Assembly (NCBI GenBank): GCA_007120565.1
Contig: SKNK01000420.1
Coordinates: 1-26,345, forward strand
Direction: 5' to 3'
Origin: Nitriliruptoraceae bacterium
GTDB lineage: Bacteria > Actinomycetota > Nitriliruptoria > Nitriliruptorales > Nitriliruptoraceae
DNA: 26,345 bases
Under the pieces are notes generated by a model. That model saw only the letters and a list, made by a program, of their open reading frames with translations, searched no databases and had not been told where the DNA came from. Both the position numbers and the translations under genes were made by a program. Numbering within the stretch: the stretch's first letter is position 1; the number at the start of each line of letters is the position of its first letter. This document shows, piece after piece, positions 17,614 through 26,345 of this stretch.

Positions 17614-18402
17614 ATGTCCCTGCCACCGCTGCCCGATGGCCTCGGCGAGGTCCGGTCCGCCGCGCCGATGCTCGGCGGCGACGTCGCCGAGGTCTGGGAC
17701 GTCCACCTGGCGGATGGCCGGCGGGCGGTCGCCAAACGTTGCCCGACGGATGCGACCCTGGAGGCCGAAGGACTCGACGCCCTGCGCGAGGCCGGCGCCC
17801 CAACCCCGAAGGTGCTGGGTGTCGACGCCGACGTGCTGGTGCTCGAGCACGTCGGTGGTCCCGGCGATCTCCAAGCGCTCGGCAACGCCCTGGCGACCGT
17901 TCATCGCCAGCTTGGCCCTGGCTTCGGGTGGCATCGCAACAACGTGATCGGCCCACTCCCGCAAGCCAACCCCTGGGGCGACGACTGGCCGAGGTTCTAC
18001 ATCGACCACCGGCTGACGCCCTACCTCGAGATCCTGCCTGCCGACCTGGCCACCCGCCTGGACGCCGCGTGCCGTGGTCCACTCCCCGAACTGCTCGACC
18101 ACGACGTTCGACCGAGCCTGGTCCACGGCGACCTGTGGAGCGGCAACATCGTCGATGACCGGTGGCTGATCGACCCCGCCGTGCACCACGCCGACCGCGA
18201 ACTCGACCTGGCGATGCTCGCACTGTTCGGCGGCATCCCGCAGCGGTTGCTGGACGGATACGAGCAGGTCTGGCCCCTCGACGCCGGCTGGCAGCGCCGA
18301 CGTCCTGCCCTGCAGCTCTACCACCTGTTGGTGCACGTCCGGCTGTTCGGCTCGGGCTACCTCGGCGCGGTTGCCAGCCGCCTGGACGAGCTCGGCTGGT
18401 GA
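17614..18402 (+). CDS. Fructosamine kinase (FN3K) family protein
   Basis: FGWHRNNVIG, LVHGDLWSGN, IDPA, E.DLAML.LFGG and LYHLLVH..LFG..Y. Confidence 0.93.
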   Translation: MSLPPLPDGLGEVRSAAPMLGGDVAEVWDVHLADGRRAVAKRCPTDATLEAEGLDALREAGAPTPKVLGVDADVLVLEHVGGPGDLQALGNALATVHRQLGPGFGWHRNNVIGPLPQANPWGDDWPRFYIDHRLTPYLEILPADLATRLDAACRGPLPELLDHDVRPSLVHGDLWSGNIVDDRWLIDPAVHHADRELDLAMLALFGGIPQRLLDGYEQVWPLDAGWQRRRPALQLYHLLVHVRLFGSGYLGAVASRLDELGW

Positions 18403-18442
18403 CCCAGCTTCACCTCGGGCGGGTATCCCGCTGGCGGGTAGT

Positions 18443-21013
18443 TCAGCGGCCTGAACGACGCCGGGGTGTGCCGCGAAGCGCCACCGCTGACGTCGGGTCC
18501 TCCGGCCAGGCATGTTTCGGGTAGCGGCCACGCAGCTCGGCCCGCACCTGCGGGTAGCTGCGTTCCCAGAAGCCGGCGAGGTCGTCGGTCACCTGGACCG
18601 GTCGTCGAGCCGGGGACAGCAGGTGCAGGCGCAGCGGCACCTCGCCGTCCAGCACCGCCGGGGTCCGGGTCGAGCCGAACAGCTCCTGCACCCGCACGGG
18701 GAGGACCGGGCCGTCCTCGGTGTAGTCGATCCGCAGCCGAGATCCGGATGCCACCTGCACGTGTGTCGGCGCCTGACGGTCGAGCTCGCTTCGCTGCCGA
18801 CGGGTCAACTGAGCGCTGAGCACCGCACTGACCGTCACCGCTCGCAGGTCGCTCCGACGCCGGGCCGAGAGCAGGAACGGGCCGACGATCTCCTCCAGAT
18901 GCTCGCGCAGCGCCTCGTCGGTCCAATCGGGCCACACGTCCCCACGGTGCTCGCGCAGGAACCGGACACGGGCGAGCAGCGTGGTCGCGTCGTCGTCCCA
19001 CCGCAGCAGACCCAAGCCCTCCTGCCGCAGGCCTTCGAGCAGAGCCGGGAAGCGACGCGCCGGGGTGTCGTCGGCCAAGGGCCCCGTGCCGACCACCAAC
19101 GCGCCCAGGGTCTCACGCTGTTCTGCGCGCACGTCCCCGTCGCGCCACGCCACCTCCTCAGCGACATCGAGGTGGTCGGCGAGCGCCCTGCGAAGTTCAT
19201 CGAGGGTGAGTGCTGCGGCGAGGTGGACGCGAGCCTCCTCGGCACCACGGTCGAGGTGGGCAACGGCCAGCCAGGGCGCGTCGGCGAGCACATCGCCGTC
19301 GGGGACGGTGGCCCCGCGGCCCGAGGCCAACAGGAACCGGCCCCGCTGACCGTCACGCAGGCCGGCCACCCGGTCCGGCCAGGCCTGGGCCACCAACACG
19401 CCAGCCCGTTCCGGGTCGTCGCCAACCGTCAACCCGCCACCACCCCGCGAACGTCCGCCATCGGAGCCGGGAGGCTCCAGCTGGGGCAACCGCTCCGCTC
19501 GTTGCTGGAGACGCGCAGCCTGCTTACGCAGCCGCCCGACAGCCCCACGCTGCACCCGTACCCCCGCAGGTGGTCGTTCGCCTCGCAGGACCCGGACGCG
19601 GGCCGACAGGTCGCTCGATGGGTGGTCACGGTCGAGGATGAAGGGGTCGCGATCGCCGAGGATCGCGGCCAACTCGCAGGCGAGCTTCAGGCCGCCCTGG
19701 TCGCGGCCCCGGAGCACCAACTGGGCCAGGCGCGGCGCCAACGGCAGGTCGGCCAGCCGACGTCCATGGGACGTGATGCGCCCGTCCCCGTCGATCGCGC
19801 CGAGGTCGGCGAGCGTGGCGAGGGCACGCTCCCAGCTTGGTGCCGGCGGCGGATCGAGGAGCGCGAGTTCGTCCAGGTCGGCGCCCCAGCTGGCGACCTG
19901 CAGTGCCGCCCCGGTCAGGTCGTCGGTCAGGATCGCAGGACGGGGGTGGGCGTCCCGTGCGAGATGCTCGCGTTCCGGCCACAGTCGGAGGCATCGCCCT
20001 GGGGCGGTGCGGCCGGCTCGGCCGGCACGTTGCTCCGCGGATGCCCGTGACGCCGGAACGGTGACCAGTCCGGTCATCCCCGTGGCCGCGTCGAACCTCG
20101 GCTCCCTCGACCAGCCGGCATCGACCACCCCACGGATGCCATCGATCGTGAGGCTGGTCTCGGCAACGTCGGTCGCGAGAACCACCTTGCGACGACCGTC
20201 AGGCGCGGGTTGCAACGCACGGTCCTGCTCCTCCCCCGGCAACGAGCCATGCAGGGCCAGAACCGATGGGGAGTCTGGCAACGGTGCGTCCTGGAGGTGG
20301 CGTTGCGCCGCGCGTATCTCGCCCGCTCCGGGAAGGAACACCAGCACGTCCCCGCCGTCGATCAGATCGGTGAGTGCGCGGCGGACCGCAGCGGGAAGAC
20401 CCGATCGATGGTCGGGGCCGGCGCGATGCTCGACGGCGACCGGGAAGCTGCGGCCGGCGGTCCGGATCAGCGGCGCGTCACCGAGCAGGGCGGCCACCCG
20501 GGGTCCTTCGATCGTGGCCGACATCACCAGGAGGCGCAGGTCCTCACGCAGCGCCCCACGGGTCTCCATCGCGAACGCCAGAGCGAGATCCGCCTCCAAC
20601 GATCGTTCGTGGAACTCGTCGAACACCAACAGCCCGACCCCGGTCAGCGCCGGGTCCTGCTGTAGGCGCCGGAGCACGACCCCTTCGGTGACCACCTCGA
20701 TGCGTGTCGACGCCGAGGTTCGACGTTCGTCGCGGGTCGTGAGCCCGACGGTGCGTCCGACCGGCTCACCGAGCTGCTGCGCGAGCCTGCGGGCCGCCGC
20801 ACGAGCCGCGATGCGACGAGGTTGGAGCAACACGATCCGCCGCTGCCGGTCGGCAAGGTGCAACTCGAGCGGGACCCGGGTCGTCTTGCCGGCGCCAGGC
20901 TCAGCCTCCAGTACGGCCACGCCACGCAGGTCCAGAGCCGAGGCCACCTCGCCCAGCACGGCATCGACGGGCAGGGGCTCGCGTGTGGGTGGCGTCGCAG
21001 CGGGAGGAGACAT
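18443..21013 (-). CDS. hrpB: ATP-dependent DExH helicase HrpB
   Basis: AEPGAGKTT, FDEFHER, MSAT, ATDVAETSLTIDG, QRAGRAGR and the C-terminal HLLSPARRPVQVT...LRGRYPKH.W. TACCGT lies 8 nt before the ATG with no SD (possibly leaderless). Confidence 0.96.
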   Translation of the reverse strand: MSPPAATPPTREPLPVDAVLGEVASALDLRGVAVLEAEPGAGKTTRVPLELHLADRQRRIVLLQPRRIAARAAARRLAQQLGEPVGRTVGLTTRDERRTSASTRIEVVTEGVVLRRLQQDPALTGVGLLVFDEFHERSLEADLALAFAMETRGALREDLRLLVMSATIEGPRVAALLGDAPLIRTAGRSFPVAVEHRAGPDHRSGLPAAVRRALTDLIDGGDVLVFLPGAGEIRAAQRHLQDAPLPDSPSVLALHGSLPGEEQDRALQPAPDGRRKVVLATDVAETSLTIDGIRGVVDAGWSREPRFDAATGMTGLVTVPASRASAEQRAGRAGRTAPGRCLRLWPEREHLARDAHPRPAILTDDLTGAALQVASWGADLDELALLDPPPAPSWERALATLADLGAIDGDGRITSHGRRLADLPLAPRLAQLVLRGRDQGGLKLACELAAILGDRDPFILDRDHPSSDLSARVRVLRGERPPAGVRVQRGAVGRLRKQAARLQQRAERLPQLEPPGSDGGRSRGGGGLTVGDDPERAGVLVAQAWPDRVAGLRDGQRGRFLLASGRGATVPDGDVLADAPWLAVAHLDRGAEEARVHLAAALTLDELRRALADHLDVAEEVAWRDGDVRAEQRETLGALVVGTGPLADDTPARRFPALLEGLRQEGLGLLRWDDDATTLLARVRFLREHRGDVWPDWTDEALREHLEEIVGPFLLSARRRSDLRAVTVSAVLSAQLTRRQRSELDRQAPTHVQVASGSRLRIDYTEDGPVLPVRVQELFGSTRTPAVLDGEVPLRLHLLSPARRPVQVTDDLAGFWERSYPQVRAELRGRYPKHAWPEDPTSAVALRGTPRRRSGR

Positions 21014-21119
21014 CGGTCGGCACGGTAGCTCTGGTGCGAGCGCTCGGTCGCCGCTCGCTCGCGTCTCAGGGTGCCCACAAGGCCGCTACGGTTCGAGCCA
21101 ACGCGTGGGAGGTGTAGCC

Positions 21120-21476
21120 GTGGGCATCGTGCTCAAGATCCTGATCAACGCCGCGGCGTTGTATGCCGCCGTGTTCGTCCTCGAGGGGCTCGAGTTCACG
21201 GGCACCATCGTCGAGTTGTTGGTCATCGCCTTGTTCATGGGCATCGTCAACGCCGTCATCCGCCCGATCCTGAGGGCGCTGGCCTTCCCCGCGATCCTGC
21301 TGACGCTCGGACTGTTCCTGATCGTGATCAACGCCGTCGTGCTGTGGCTCGTCTTCGAGATCGCGGGCGCCGTCGGCATCGGCATCACGTCGGAAGGCTT
21401 CGGGTGGACCCTCGCGGCAGCGATCGTCGTGTCGCTGGTCGCCTGGGGCCTGGAAACCCTGACAGGGAAACGCTGA
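21120..21476 (+). CDS. 4-TM phage-holin-like membrane protein (YvlD/DUF360-type)
   Basis: These are the last 118 codons of track ORF 19638..21476, with SD GGAGG before GTG 21120. Family motif GIVNAVIRPIL..L..P...LTLGLF..VINA. Confidence 0.88.
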   Translation: MGIVLKILINAAALYAAVFVLEGLEFTGTIVELLVIALFMGIVNAVIRPILRALAFPAILLTLGLFLIVINAVVLWLVFEIAGAVGIGITSEGFGWTLAAAIVVSLVAWGLETLTGKR

Positions 21477-21477
21477 T

Positions 21478-22815
21478 ATGTCTGACACCGACCCCCAGCT
21501 CACCGGCGAGACCATCGAGTTGCTCCAGGCGTTGATCCGCAACGCCTGTGTCAACGATGGGACCGTCACGTCCGGCGAGGAGACGCGCAACTCGGACCTA
21601 CTCGACGTTGCACTCGACGGGCTTCCCCTGGACCACTTCGAGCCGCTGCCCGGCCGCCGTTCGGTCCTGGCCACCGTGGAAGGCACGGACCCGACGGCCC
21701 CAACGATCCTGTTGATGGGCCACACCGACGTCGTGCCCGTGAGCCCGGACGACTGGCGCGAGGATCCCTTCGGCGGCGAACTGATCGATGGAGAAGTGTG
21801 GGGTCGCGGCGCGGTCGACATGCTCAACCTCACCGCGTCGATGGCCGTCGCGATCCGCGAACTCCACCGCCGACCCGAACCACCTCGATCGACCGTGAAG
21901 TTCCTCGGTGTCGCCGACGAGGAAGCCGGAGGCACCTGGGGCGCCGGGTGGATCACCGAGAACGAGTGGGACAAGGTCGCCTGCGACTACGTACTCACCG
22001 AGAGCGGAGGCATGCCCTTCGACACGGCGGACGGACGCAAGTTGGTCATGGCGACGGCCGAGAAGGGCATCGGCTGGCGCAAGCTGATCGTGCACGGCAC
22101 ACCGGGGCACGGGTCGATGCCCTACGGCTCGGACAACGCGCTGGTCACCGCCGCCGAGGTGGTACGACGCCTGTCGACCTACCTGCCCAAAGCCCGGATC
22201 GACGATCGGTGGCGGGCCTGGGTTCGGACGCTGCCGATCGAGGATCATCTCCGCGACGAACTCCTCGATCCCGACCGCATCGGCGCTGCGCTCACCAAGA
22301 TCGATCCCAAGTACGCGCGCTACTGCCACGCGGTCACCCACACCACCTTCTCCCCCAACGTCGTGCGGGGTGGCAACAAGACCAACATCGTTCCCGATCG
22401 TGTCGAGATCGAGGTCGACATCCGCACCCTGCCGGGTGTCACCGAAGCCGATGTCGAACACATGCTGCGCGAAGCCCTTGGTCCTGAGCTGTCCGCTCGC
22501 GTGGACATCGAGGGGCTGGTGACCCGACGGGATGCCTCGGCGTCCTCGACCGATACGCCGATGTTCGACCTGCTCCGCCGCCGAGCGGAGGCGGCACATC
22601 CGGGAGCTGAGGTGATGCCGTGGACGATCGTCGGCGGCACCGATGCCGCGTTCTTCCGTGACCGAGGCGTGCCCTCGTACGGTGCCGGCCTGTTCAGCTC
22701 CAAGGTCTCCCTCCCCGACTTCCAGCTGCGGTTCCACGGCCACGACGAACGCATCGACGTCGAGTCGCTCGGCCTGTCGACCCAGCTGTGGCTGGATCTG
22801 GCCGACGGGATCTGA
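21478..22815 (+). CDS. M20/M25/M40 family metallo-hydrolase
   Basis: Metal ligand motifs GHTDVVP, GRGAVDM, DEEAGG, ES and HGHDER. Starts 1 nt after the holin-like stop. Confidence 0.93.
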   Translation: MSDTDPQLTGETIELLQALIRNACVNDGTVTSGEETRNSDLLDVALDGLPLDHFEPLPGRRSVLATVEGTDPTAPTILLMGHTDVVPVSPDDWREDPFGGELIDGEVWGRGAVDMLNLTASMAVAIRELHRRPEPPRSTVKFLGVADEEAGGTWGAGWITENEWDKVACDYVLTESGGMPFDTADGRKLVMATAEKGIGWRKLIVHGTPGHGSMPYGSDNALVTAAEVVRRLSTYLPKARIDDRWRAWVRTLPIEDHLRDELLDPDRIGAALTKIDPKYARYCHAVTHTTFSPNVVRGGNKTNIVPDRVEIEVDIRTLPGVTEADVEHMLREALGPELSARVDIEGLVTRRDASASSTDTPMFDLLRRRAEAAHPGAEVMPWTIVGGTDAAFFRDRGVPSYGAGLFSSKVSLPDFQLRFHGHDERIDVESLGLSTQLWLDLADGI

Positions 22816-22821
22816 TCCGCG

Positions 22822-23448
22822 ATGGACGTCGGCATCTGGGGGTTGATCGCCGGCTCGGGTTGGGCCTCGGGCGTCAACCTCTACCTCGTCGCTGCCGTCC
22901 TCGGTGGTGCGGGCCGCCTGGGGCTGATGGACGTACCCGACGTCCTGATGCGCACGGACGTGCTGATCGCCGCCGTCGTGATGTTCCTGCTGGAGTTCGT
23001 CGCGGACAAGATCCCGCTGCTTGACTCCGCCTGGGATGCCGTCCACACCGCGATCCGGCCGCTCGGAGGCGCACTGATCGGGTATGCGCTCGGCGGAGAG
23101 AGCCCGGATGCCCAGCAACTGACCGGCGCGGCGGTCTCGGGCGGACTCGCGTTGGCGAGCCACCTCGCGAAGGCCACCGCCAGAGCCGCGATCAACGCCT
23201 CGCCAGAGCCGGTGAGCAACGTGGTCGCCAGTGTGACCGAAGACGGGTTGGTCCTGGGGGTGATCGCCATCGCGGTGATGGCGCCGGTGATCGCGATCGC
23301 CGTGGTCGGCGTGCTGCTGGTCGCGGGGACCGCGCTGGCCTTCGCGTTCGCCTCGCTCGCCAAGCGCGGCCGGAGGAGGTGGCGTGAACGCCAAGCCGCG
23401 CGACGAGGATCGCCCCCGAGCGAAGATCATCCCCAAGCTCGACGCTAG
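22822..23448 (+). CDS. DUF4126 family membrane protein
   Basis: SGWASGVNLY, EFVADKIP.LDSAWDAVHTAIRP and N...S..ED. Confidence 0.85.
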   Translation: MDVGIWGLIAGSGWASGVNLYLVAAVLGGAGRLGLMDVPDVLMRTDVLIAAVVMFLLEFVADKIPLLDSAWDAVHTAIRPLGGALIGYALGGESPDAQQLTGAAVSGGLALASHLAKATARAAINASPEPVSNVVASVTEDGLVLGVIAIAVMAPVIAIAVVGVLLVAGTALAFAFASLAKRGRRRWRERQAARRGSPPSEDHPQARR

Positions 23449-23512
23449 CCGCCAGGTCGTTCCTCGAGGTGGTCGGTCGCCAGGCCGCCGGACCGCAACG
23501 ACCTCGTGGCGG
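23449..23512 (+). terminator. Nested hairpin directly after the DUF4126 stop; probable terminator
   Basis: ccgcc/ggcgg outer stem, aggtcgtt (23454-23461)/aacgacct (23497-23504) and an inner cggtc/gaccg. TACGGT follows immediately (23513-23518). Confidence 0.5.
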
Positions 23513-23545
23513 TACGGTGATGGGTCGCCGGAGCGAGGGACCTCG

Positions 23546-24982
23546 ATGCGCTTCCTGAACGGGCACCTGCCCCAACACGACCTGACCTACGAGGACGCGT
23601 TCCTCGTGCCCGACCGATCGGACGTCGCCTCCCGCTTGGATGTGGATCTCGCGTCCCCCGATGGCAGTGGCACCACCATCCCGTTGATCGCCGCGAACAT
23701 GACGGCGGTCTCCGGACGGCGGATGGCCGAAACGATGGCGCGGCGTGGCGGGATGGCCGTGATCCCACAGGACATCCCGATCGACGTGGTCAGCGCCGTG
23801 ATCGCCGACGTCAAGGCCCGCCACCCCCTCTTCGAGTCCCCCATCACGCTTGCCCAGGACGACACGGTTGGGCACGCACTGAACCTGCTCCCGAAGCGAG
23901 CCCACCGCGCGGCGATCGTGATCGAGAACGGCCGGCCCGTCGGCCTCGTGACGCCGCGCGACCTGCGCGAGGAGGACCGCTTCACCCAGATCGGCCGCGT
24001 CATGGTCCGTGAACTGGCCACCATCCCGGACACGGTCGACCCCCACACCGCCTTCGACCTCCTCGCTGAGGCACGCCATCGCCTGGCGCCGGTGGTCGAC
24101 GACGACGGGCGGCTGGTCGGCCTCCTGACCCGCACCGGGGCTCTCCGTTCCACGCTGTACGACCCGGCGCTGGACGGCAAGGGACGTCTGCGGATCGCGG
24201 CGGCGATCGGCGTCGGCTCCGAGGCGGCGACCAGGGCCAAGCAACTGCTCGACGCCGAGGTGGACGTCCTCGTCCTGGACACCGCCCACGGCCACCAACA
24301 GCGGATGCTCGACGCGCTCGAGGCGGTACGTGGACTCGATCCGCAGGTCCCGGTCGTCGCCGGGAACGTGGTCACCCGCGACGGCGCCCGCGACCTGATC
24401 GAGGCCGGCGCGGACATCGTCAAGGTGGGCGTGGGCCCGGGCGCGATGTGCACCACCCGGATGATGACCGCCGTGGGACGGCCTCAGCTCTCCGCCGTGC
24501 TCGAGACCGTCGAGACCGCTCGGGAACGTGGCGCGCACGTGTGGGCCGACGGCGGTATCCGGCATCCCCGCGACGTTGCGCTGGCCCTGGCTGCAGGCGC
24601 CTCCAACGTGATGATCGGCTCCTGGTTCGCTGGGACCCACGAGTCCCCGAGCGACGTCGAACACGATGCTGATGGCCGGTCCTACAAGCTGTCCTTCGGG
24701 ATGGCGTCGGCTCGGGCCGTCCAGCGCCGGACCGAGCACGAGGATGCGTTCTCGCAGGCACGCAAGGCCCTGTTCGAGGAGGGCATCTCCTCTGCTCGGC
24801 AGTACCTCGACCCCGACCGCCCCGGTGTCGAGGACCTCGTCGACACCATCACCGCCGGTGTGCGCAGTGCCTTCACCTACGCGGGGGCACGCACCCTGGA
24901 GGAGTTCGCTGACCGTGCGGTCATCGGCCTGCAAGGACGATCAGGCTACGAGGAGGGCCGCCCCCTCGACCGGGGCTGGTAG
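23546..24982 (+). CDS. guaB1: GuaB1-family IMPDH/GMPR-fold enzyme with CBS pair; probable GMP reductase
   Basis: MRFL...DLTY.D.FLVP start, [15 protein letters not shown], and the GuaB1-type catalytic loop [19 protein letters not shown] before ATG 23546. Confidence 0.93.
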   Translation: MRFLNGHLPQHDLTYEDAFLVPDRSDVASRLDVDLASPDGSGTTIPLIAANMTAVSGRRMAETMARRGGMAVIPQDIPIDVVSAVIADVKARHPLFESPITLAQDDTVGHALNLLPKRAHRAAIVIENGRPVGLVTPRDLREEDRFTQIGRVMVRELATIPDTVDPHTAFDLLAEARHRLAPVVDDDGRLVGLLTRTGALRSTLYDPALDGKGRLRIAAAIGVGSEAATRAKQLLDAEVDVLVLDTAHGHQQRMLDALEAVRGLDPQVPVVAGNVVTRDGARDLIEAGADIVKVGVGPGAMCTTRMMTAVGRPQLSAVLETVETARERGAHVWADGGIRHPRDVALALAAGASNVMIGSWFAGTHESPSDVEHDADGRSYKLSFGMASARAVQRRTEHEDAFSQARKALFEEGISSARQYLDPDRPGVEDLVDTITAGVRSAFTYAGARTLEEFADRAVIGLQGRSGYEEGRPLDRGW

Positions 24983-25021
24983 GCCGCTGGAGCCCGCGTA
25001 GGCGCCCCCAACGGCCGCAAC

Positions 25022-25059
25022 GGGGTCGCAGGGACGCAAACGCGCACCTGCCCGACCCC
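25022..25059. terminator. GC-rich hairpin between convergent guaB1 and the hypothetical gene
   Basis: ggggtcg/cgacccc plus cagg/cctg stems. A second ccccc/ggggg mini-hairpin lies at 25075-25087. Confidence 0.45.
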
Positions 25060-25088
25060 ACTTCCGGGCAAGGCCCCCCGACGGGGGA

Positions 25089-25568
25089 TCAAGGAGCCTC
25101 GATGGCCTCGACCTCGAGCAGTTCGGAGTAGGCCTCGCCGCCGCCCCAGTCGATCCCGACCACCTCGCCGTCGACGACGCGGAACCGGCGCAGCGCCTGC
25201 CCGGTGATCGCATCCACCTCGACGACCCCGTCGTGGCGCGCCTCCATCCGGCGCTCGGCTACCTCACCGGTGCCCTCGTCGAGGCAACGCCAACTCGCCA
25301 GCCCTTCCCGCAGGACGAGCATGTAGGCGCTGCTCGGGTAGACGCCATCGGGGATCTCGTGCCAGGGGCCGCCGTCCTTGCAGGCACGCTGCGGGCGGCC
25401 ACCGGCCAGCTCCACCCGGTAGCGGTTGTCGACCACCTCGCCGTCGATGACGAACCACGCCGCCGCGGTCAACCGGTTGGCCTGCTCGACCTCCACGACC
25501 TGCCCGGCTGGCCGGTCCCCGAGCCGGAAGTCGTAGCGACGGACCCAGCCGGCCGTGCGATCGGTCAC
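25089..25568 (-). CDS. Hypothetical beta-rich protein (159 aa) with an internal duplication
   Basis: GTG 25568 overlaps the AKR TGA (GTGA) and the codon bias is coding-like. The VVEV[ED]...DGEVV segment occurs twice. Confidence 0.75.
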   Translation of the reverse strand: MTDRTAGWVRRYDFRLGDRPAGQVVEVEQANRLTAAAWFVIDGEVVDNRYRVELAGGRPQRACKDGGPWHEIPDGVYPSSAYMLVLREGLASWRCLDEGTGEVAERRMEARHDGVVEVDAITGQALRRFRVVDGEVVGIDWGGGEAYSELLEVEAIEAP

Positions 25569-26345
25569 GCGAAGATCCCCTCGATCCGCTCCTTGACGTC
25601 CGGGGTCAGCTTGGCCAGCGCATCGAGGGCGCCCATGTTGTCGTTGACCTGCTCCACCCGGGAAGCGCCGGTGATCACCGAGGAGACATCCGGGTTGGAC
25701 GCGCACCACGCGATGGACAGCTGCGCCAGCGTGACCCCCAACTCGTCGGCGACGTCCTTGAGCTGCTGAACCTGTGTGTTCGCCTGCTCGTCGGTGAGCC
25801 GGTCGCGCAACCAGTCGAAGCCCTTGAGTGCGCCTCGGCTGTCGTCGGGAACCCCGTCGAGGTACTTGCCGGTCAACAAGCCGGAGGCCAGCGGCGAGAA
25901 GGTGGTCGTACCGAGGCCGATGTCCTCGTAAAGGCGGGCGTACTCGTCCTCCACCCGCTCACGACGGAAGAGGTTGTACTCCGGCTGCTCGACCACCGGC
26001 TTGTGCCAACCGTGGCGGTCGGCGACGTCCCAGGCGGCCCGGATCTCGTCCGCGGTCCACTCCGAGGTGCCCCAGTACAGCGCCTTGCCGCGATCGATCG
26101 CGTCCGACATGGCACGTACGGTCTCTTCGATCGGCGTATCGGGATCGGCGCGGTGGCAGTAGATGAGGTCGAGGTGCTCCAGCCCGAAGCGCTCCAACGA
26201 TGCATCGATGGACTCGAGCAGGTACTTACGGTTCAGCGTGTTGCGGGTGTTGGGCCCGCCGTGCAGACCCCAGAAGAACTTGCTGGAGGCGAGGTAGCTG
26301 TGTCGGGGCCAGCCGAGGTTGCGGATCGTCTCACCCATGATCCGC
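25565..26345 (-). CDS. Aldo/keto reductase (Kv-beta-like clade), 5'-truncated by the window edge
   Basis: [39 protein letters not shown] and VITGAS. The frame is open to the edge (...RIMGE). Confidence 0.95.
   Translation of the reverse strand, partial: RIMGETIRNLGWPRHSYLASSKFFWGLHGGPNTRNTLNRKYLLESIDASLERFGLEHLDLIYCHRADPDTPIEETVRAMSDAIDRGKALYWGTSEWTADEIRAAWDVADRHGWHKPVVEQPEYNLFRRERVEDEYARLYEDIGLGTTTFSPLASGLLTGKYLDGVPDDSRGALKGFDWLRDRLTDEQANTQVQQLKDVADELGVTLAQLSIAWCASNPDVSSVITGASRVEQVNDNMGALDALAKLTPDVKERIEGIFA

Noticed and set aside
19638-21119. 5' part of the 612-aa + strand ORF 19638..21476
   Set aside because: Ser/Arg/Ala-rich antisense shadow of hrpB. Only the last 118 codons, which have their own SD and GTG, look like a real protein.
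21120-22815. Holin plus peptidase as a prophage lysis cassette
   Set aside because: M20 enzymes are not endolysins, no phage genes are nearby, and this holin-like family is commonly chromosomal.
23384-23545. Upstream extension of guaB1
   Set aside because: It overlaps DUF4126 and the hairpin. The family N-terminus MRFL and an SD lie at 23546.
23449-23545. Purine, ZTP or ppGpp riboswitch ahead of guaB1
   Set aside because: No consensus nucleotides were recognised. A terminator followed by a -10 explains the sequence.
21598-24934. Long minus-strand ORFs 21598..23436 and 23192..24934 (also 15658..17202, 18512..20050, 7351..8688 and similar)
   Set aside because: Antisense to well-supported genes. 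Such stop-free shadows are expected in high-GC3 DNA and show no motifs.

Overview
High-GC actinobacterial chromosomal DNA. Type I CoaA, GuaB1, DUF4126 and a Cys-tailed HemH support this. The acidic, Lys-poor proteins suggest a salt- or alkali-adapted lineage such as Nitriliruptoria (inference). About 24 genes tile the window, with no mobile element, tRNA/rRNA or CRISPR array. A minus-strand run (9549 to 907) encodes a PgpH-like 7TM-HD phosphodiesterase, an alkyltransferase-like protein, two paralogous RpoD-type sigma factors flanking a YibE/F membrane protein, and a lipoprotein DacB with a poly-acidic insert. The rest is housekeeping and repair: an AlkA-type glycosylase, coaA, an alpha/beta hydrolase, EamA, hemH, a histidine phosphatase, an LCP/LMW-PTP/fructosamine-kinase operon, hrpB, a holin-like/M20/DUF4126 operon, guaB1 and an aldo-keto reductase. 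The most notable points are the sigma pair (both with region 1.1 and a non-canonical RQALQRG region 2.4), a candidate leaderless micro-ORF whose stop overlaps the start of the 7TM-HD gene, a possible CTG start for EamA behind stacked hairpins, a candidate structured RNA before the LCP gene, and an orphan protein with an internal duplication. All folds, promoters and family calls were made by eye, without searches.
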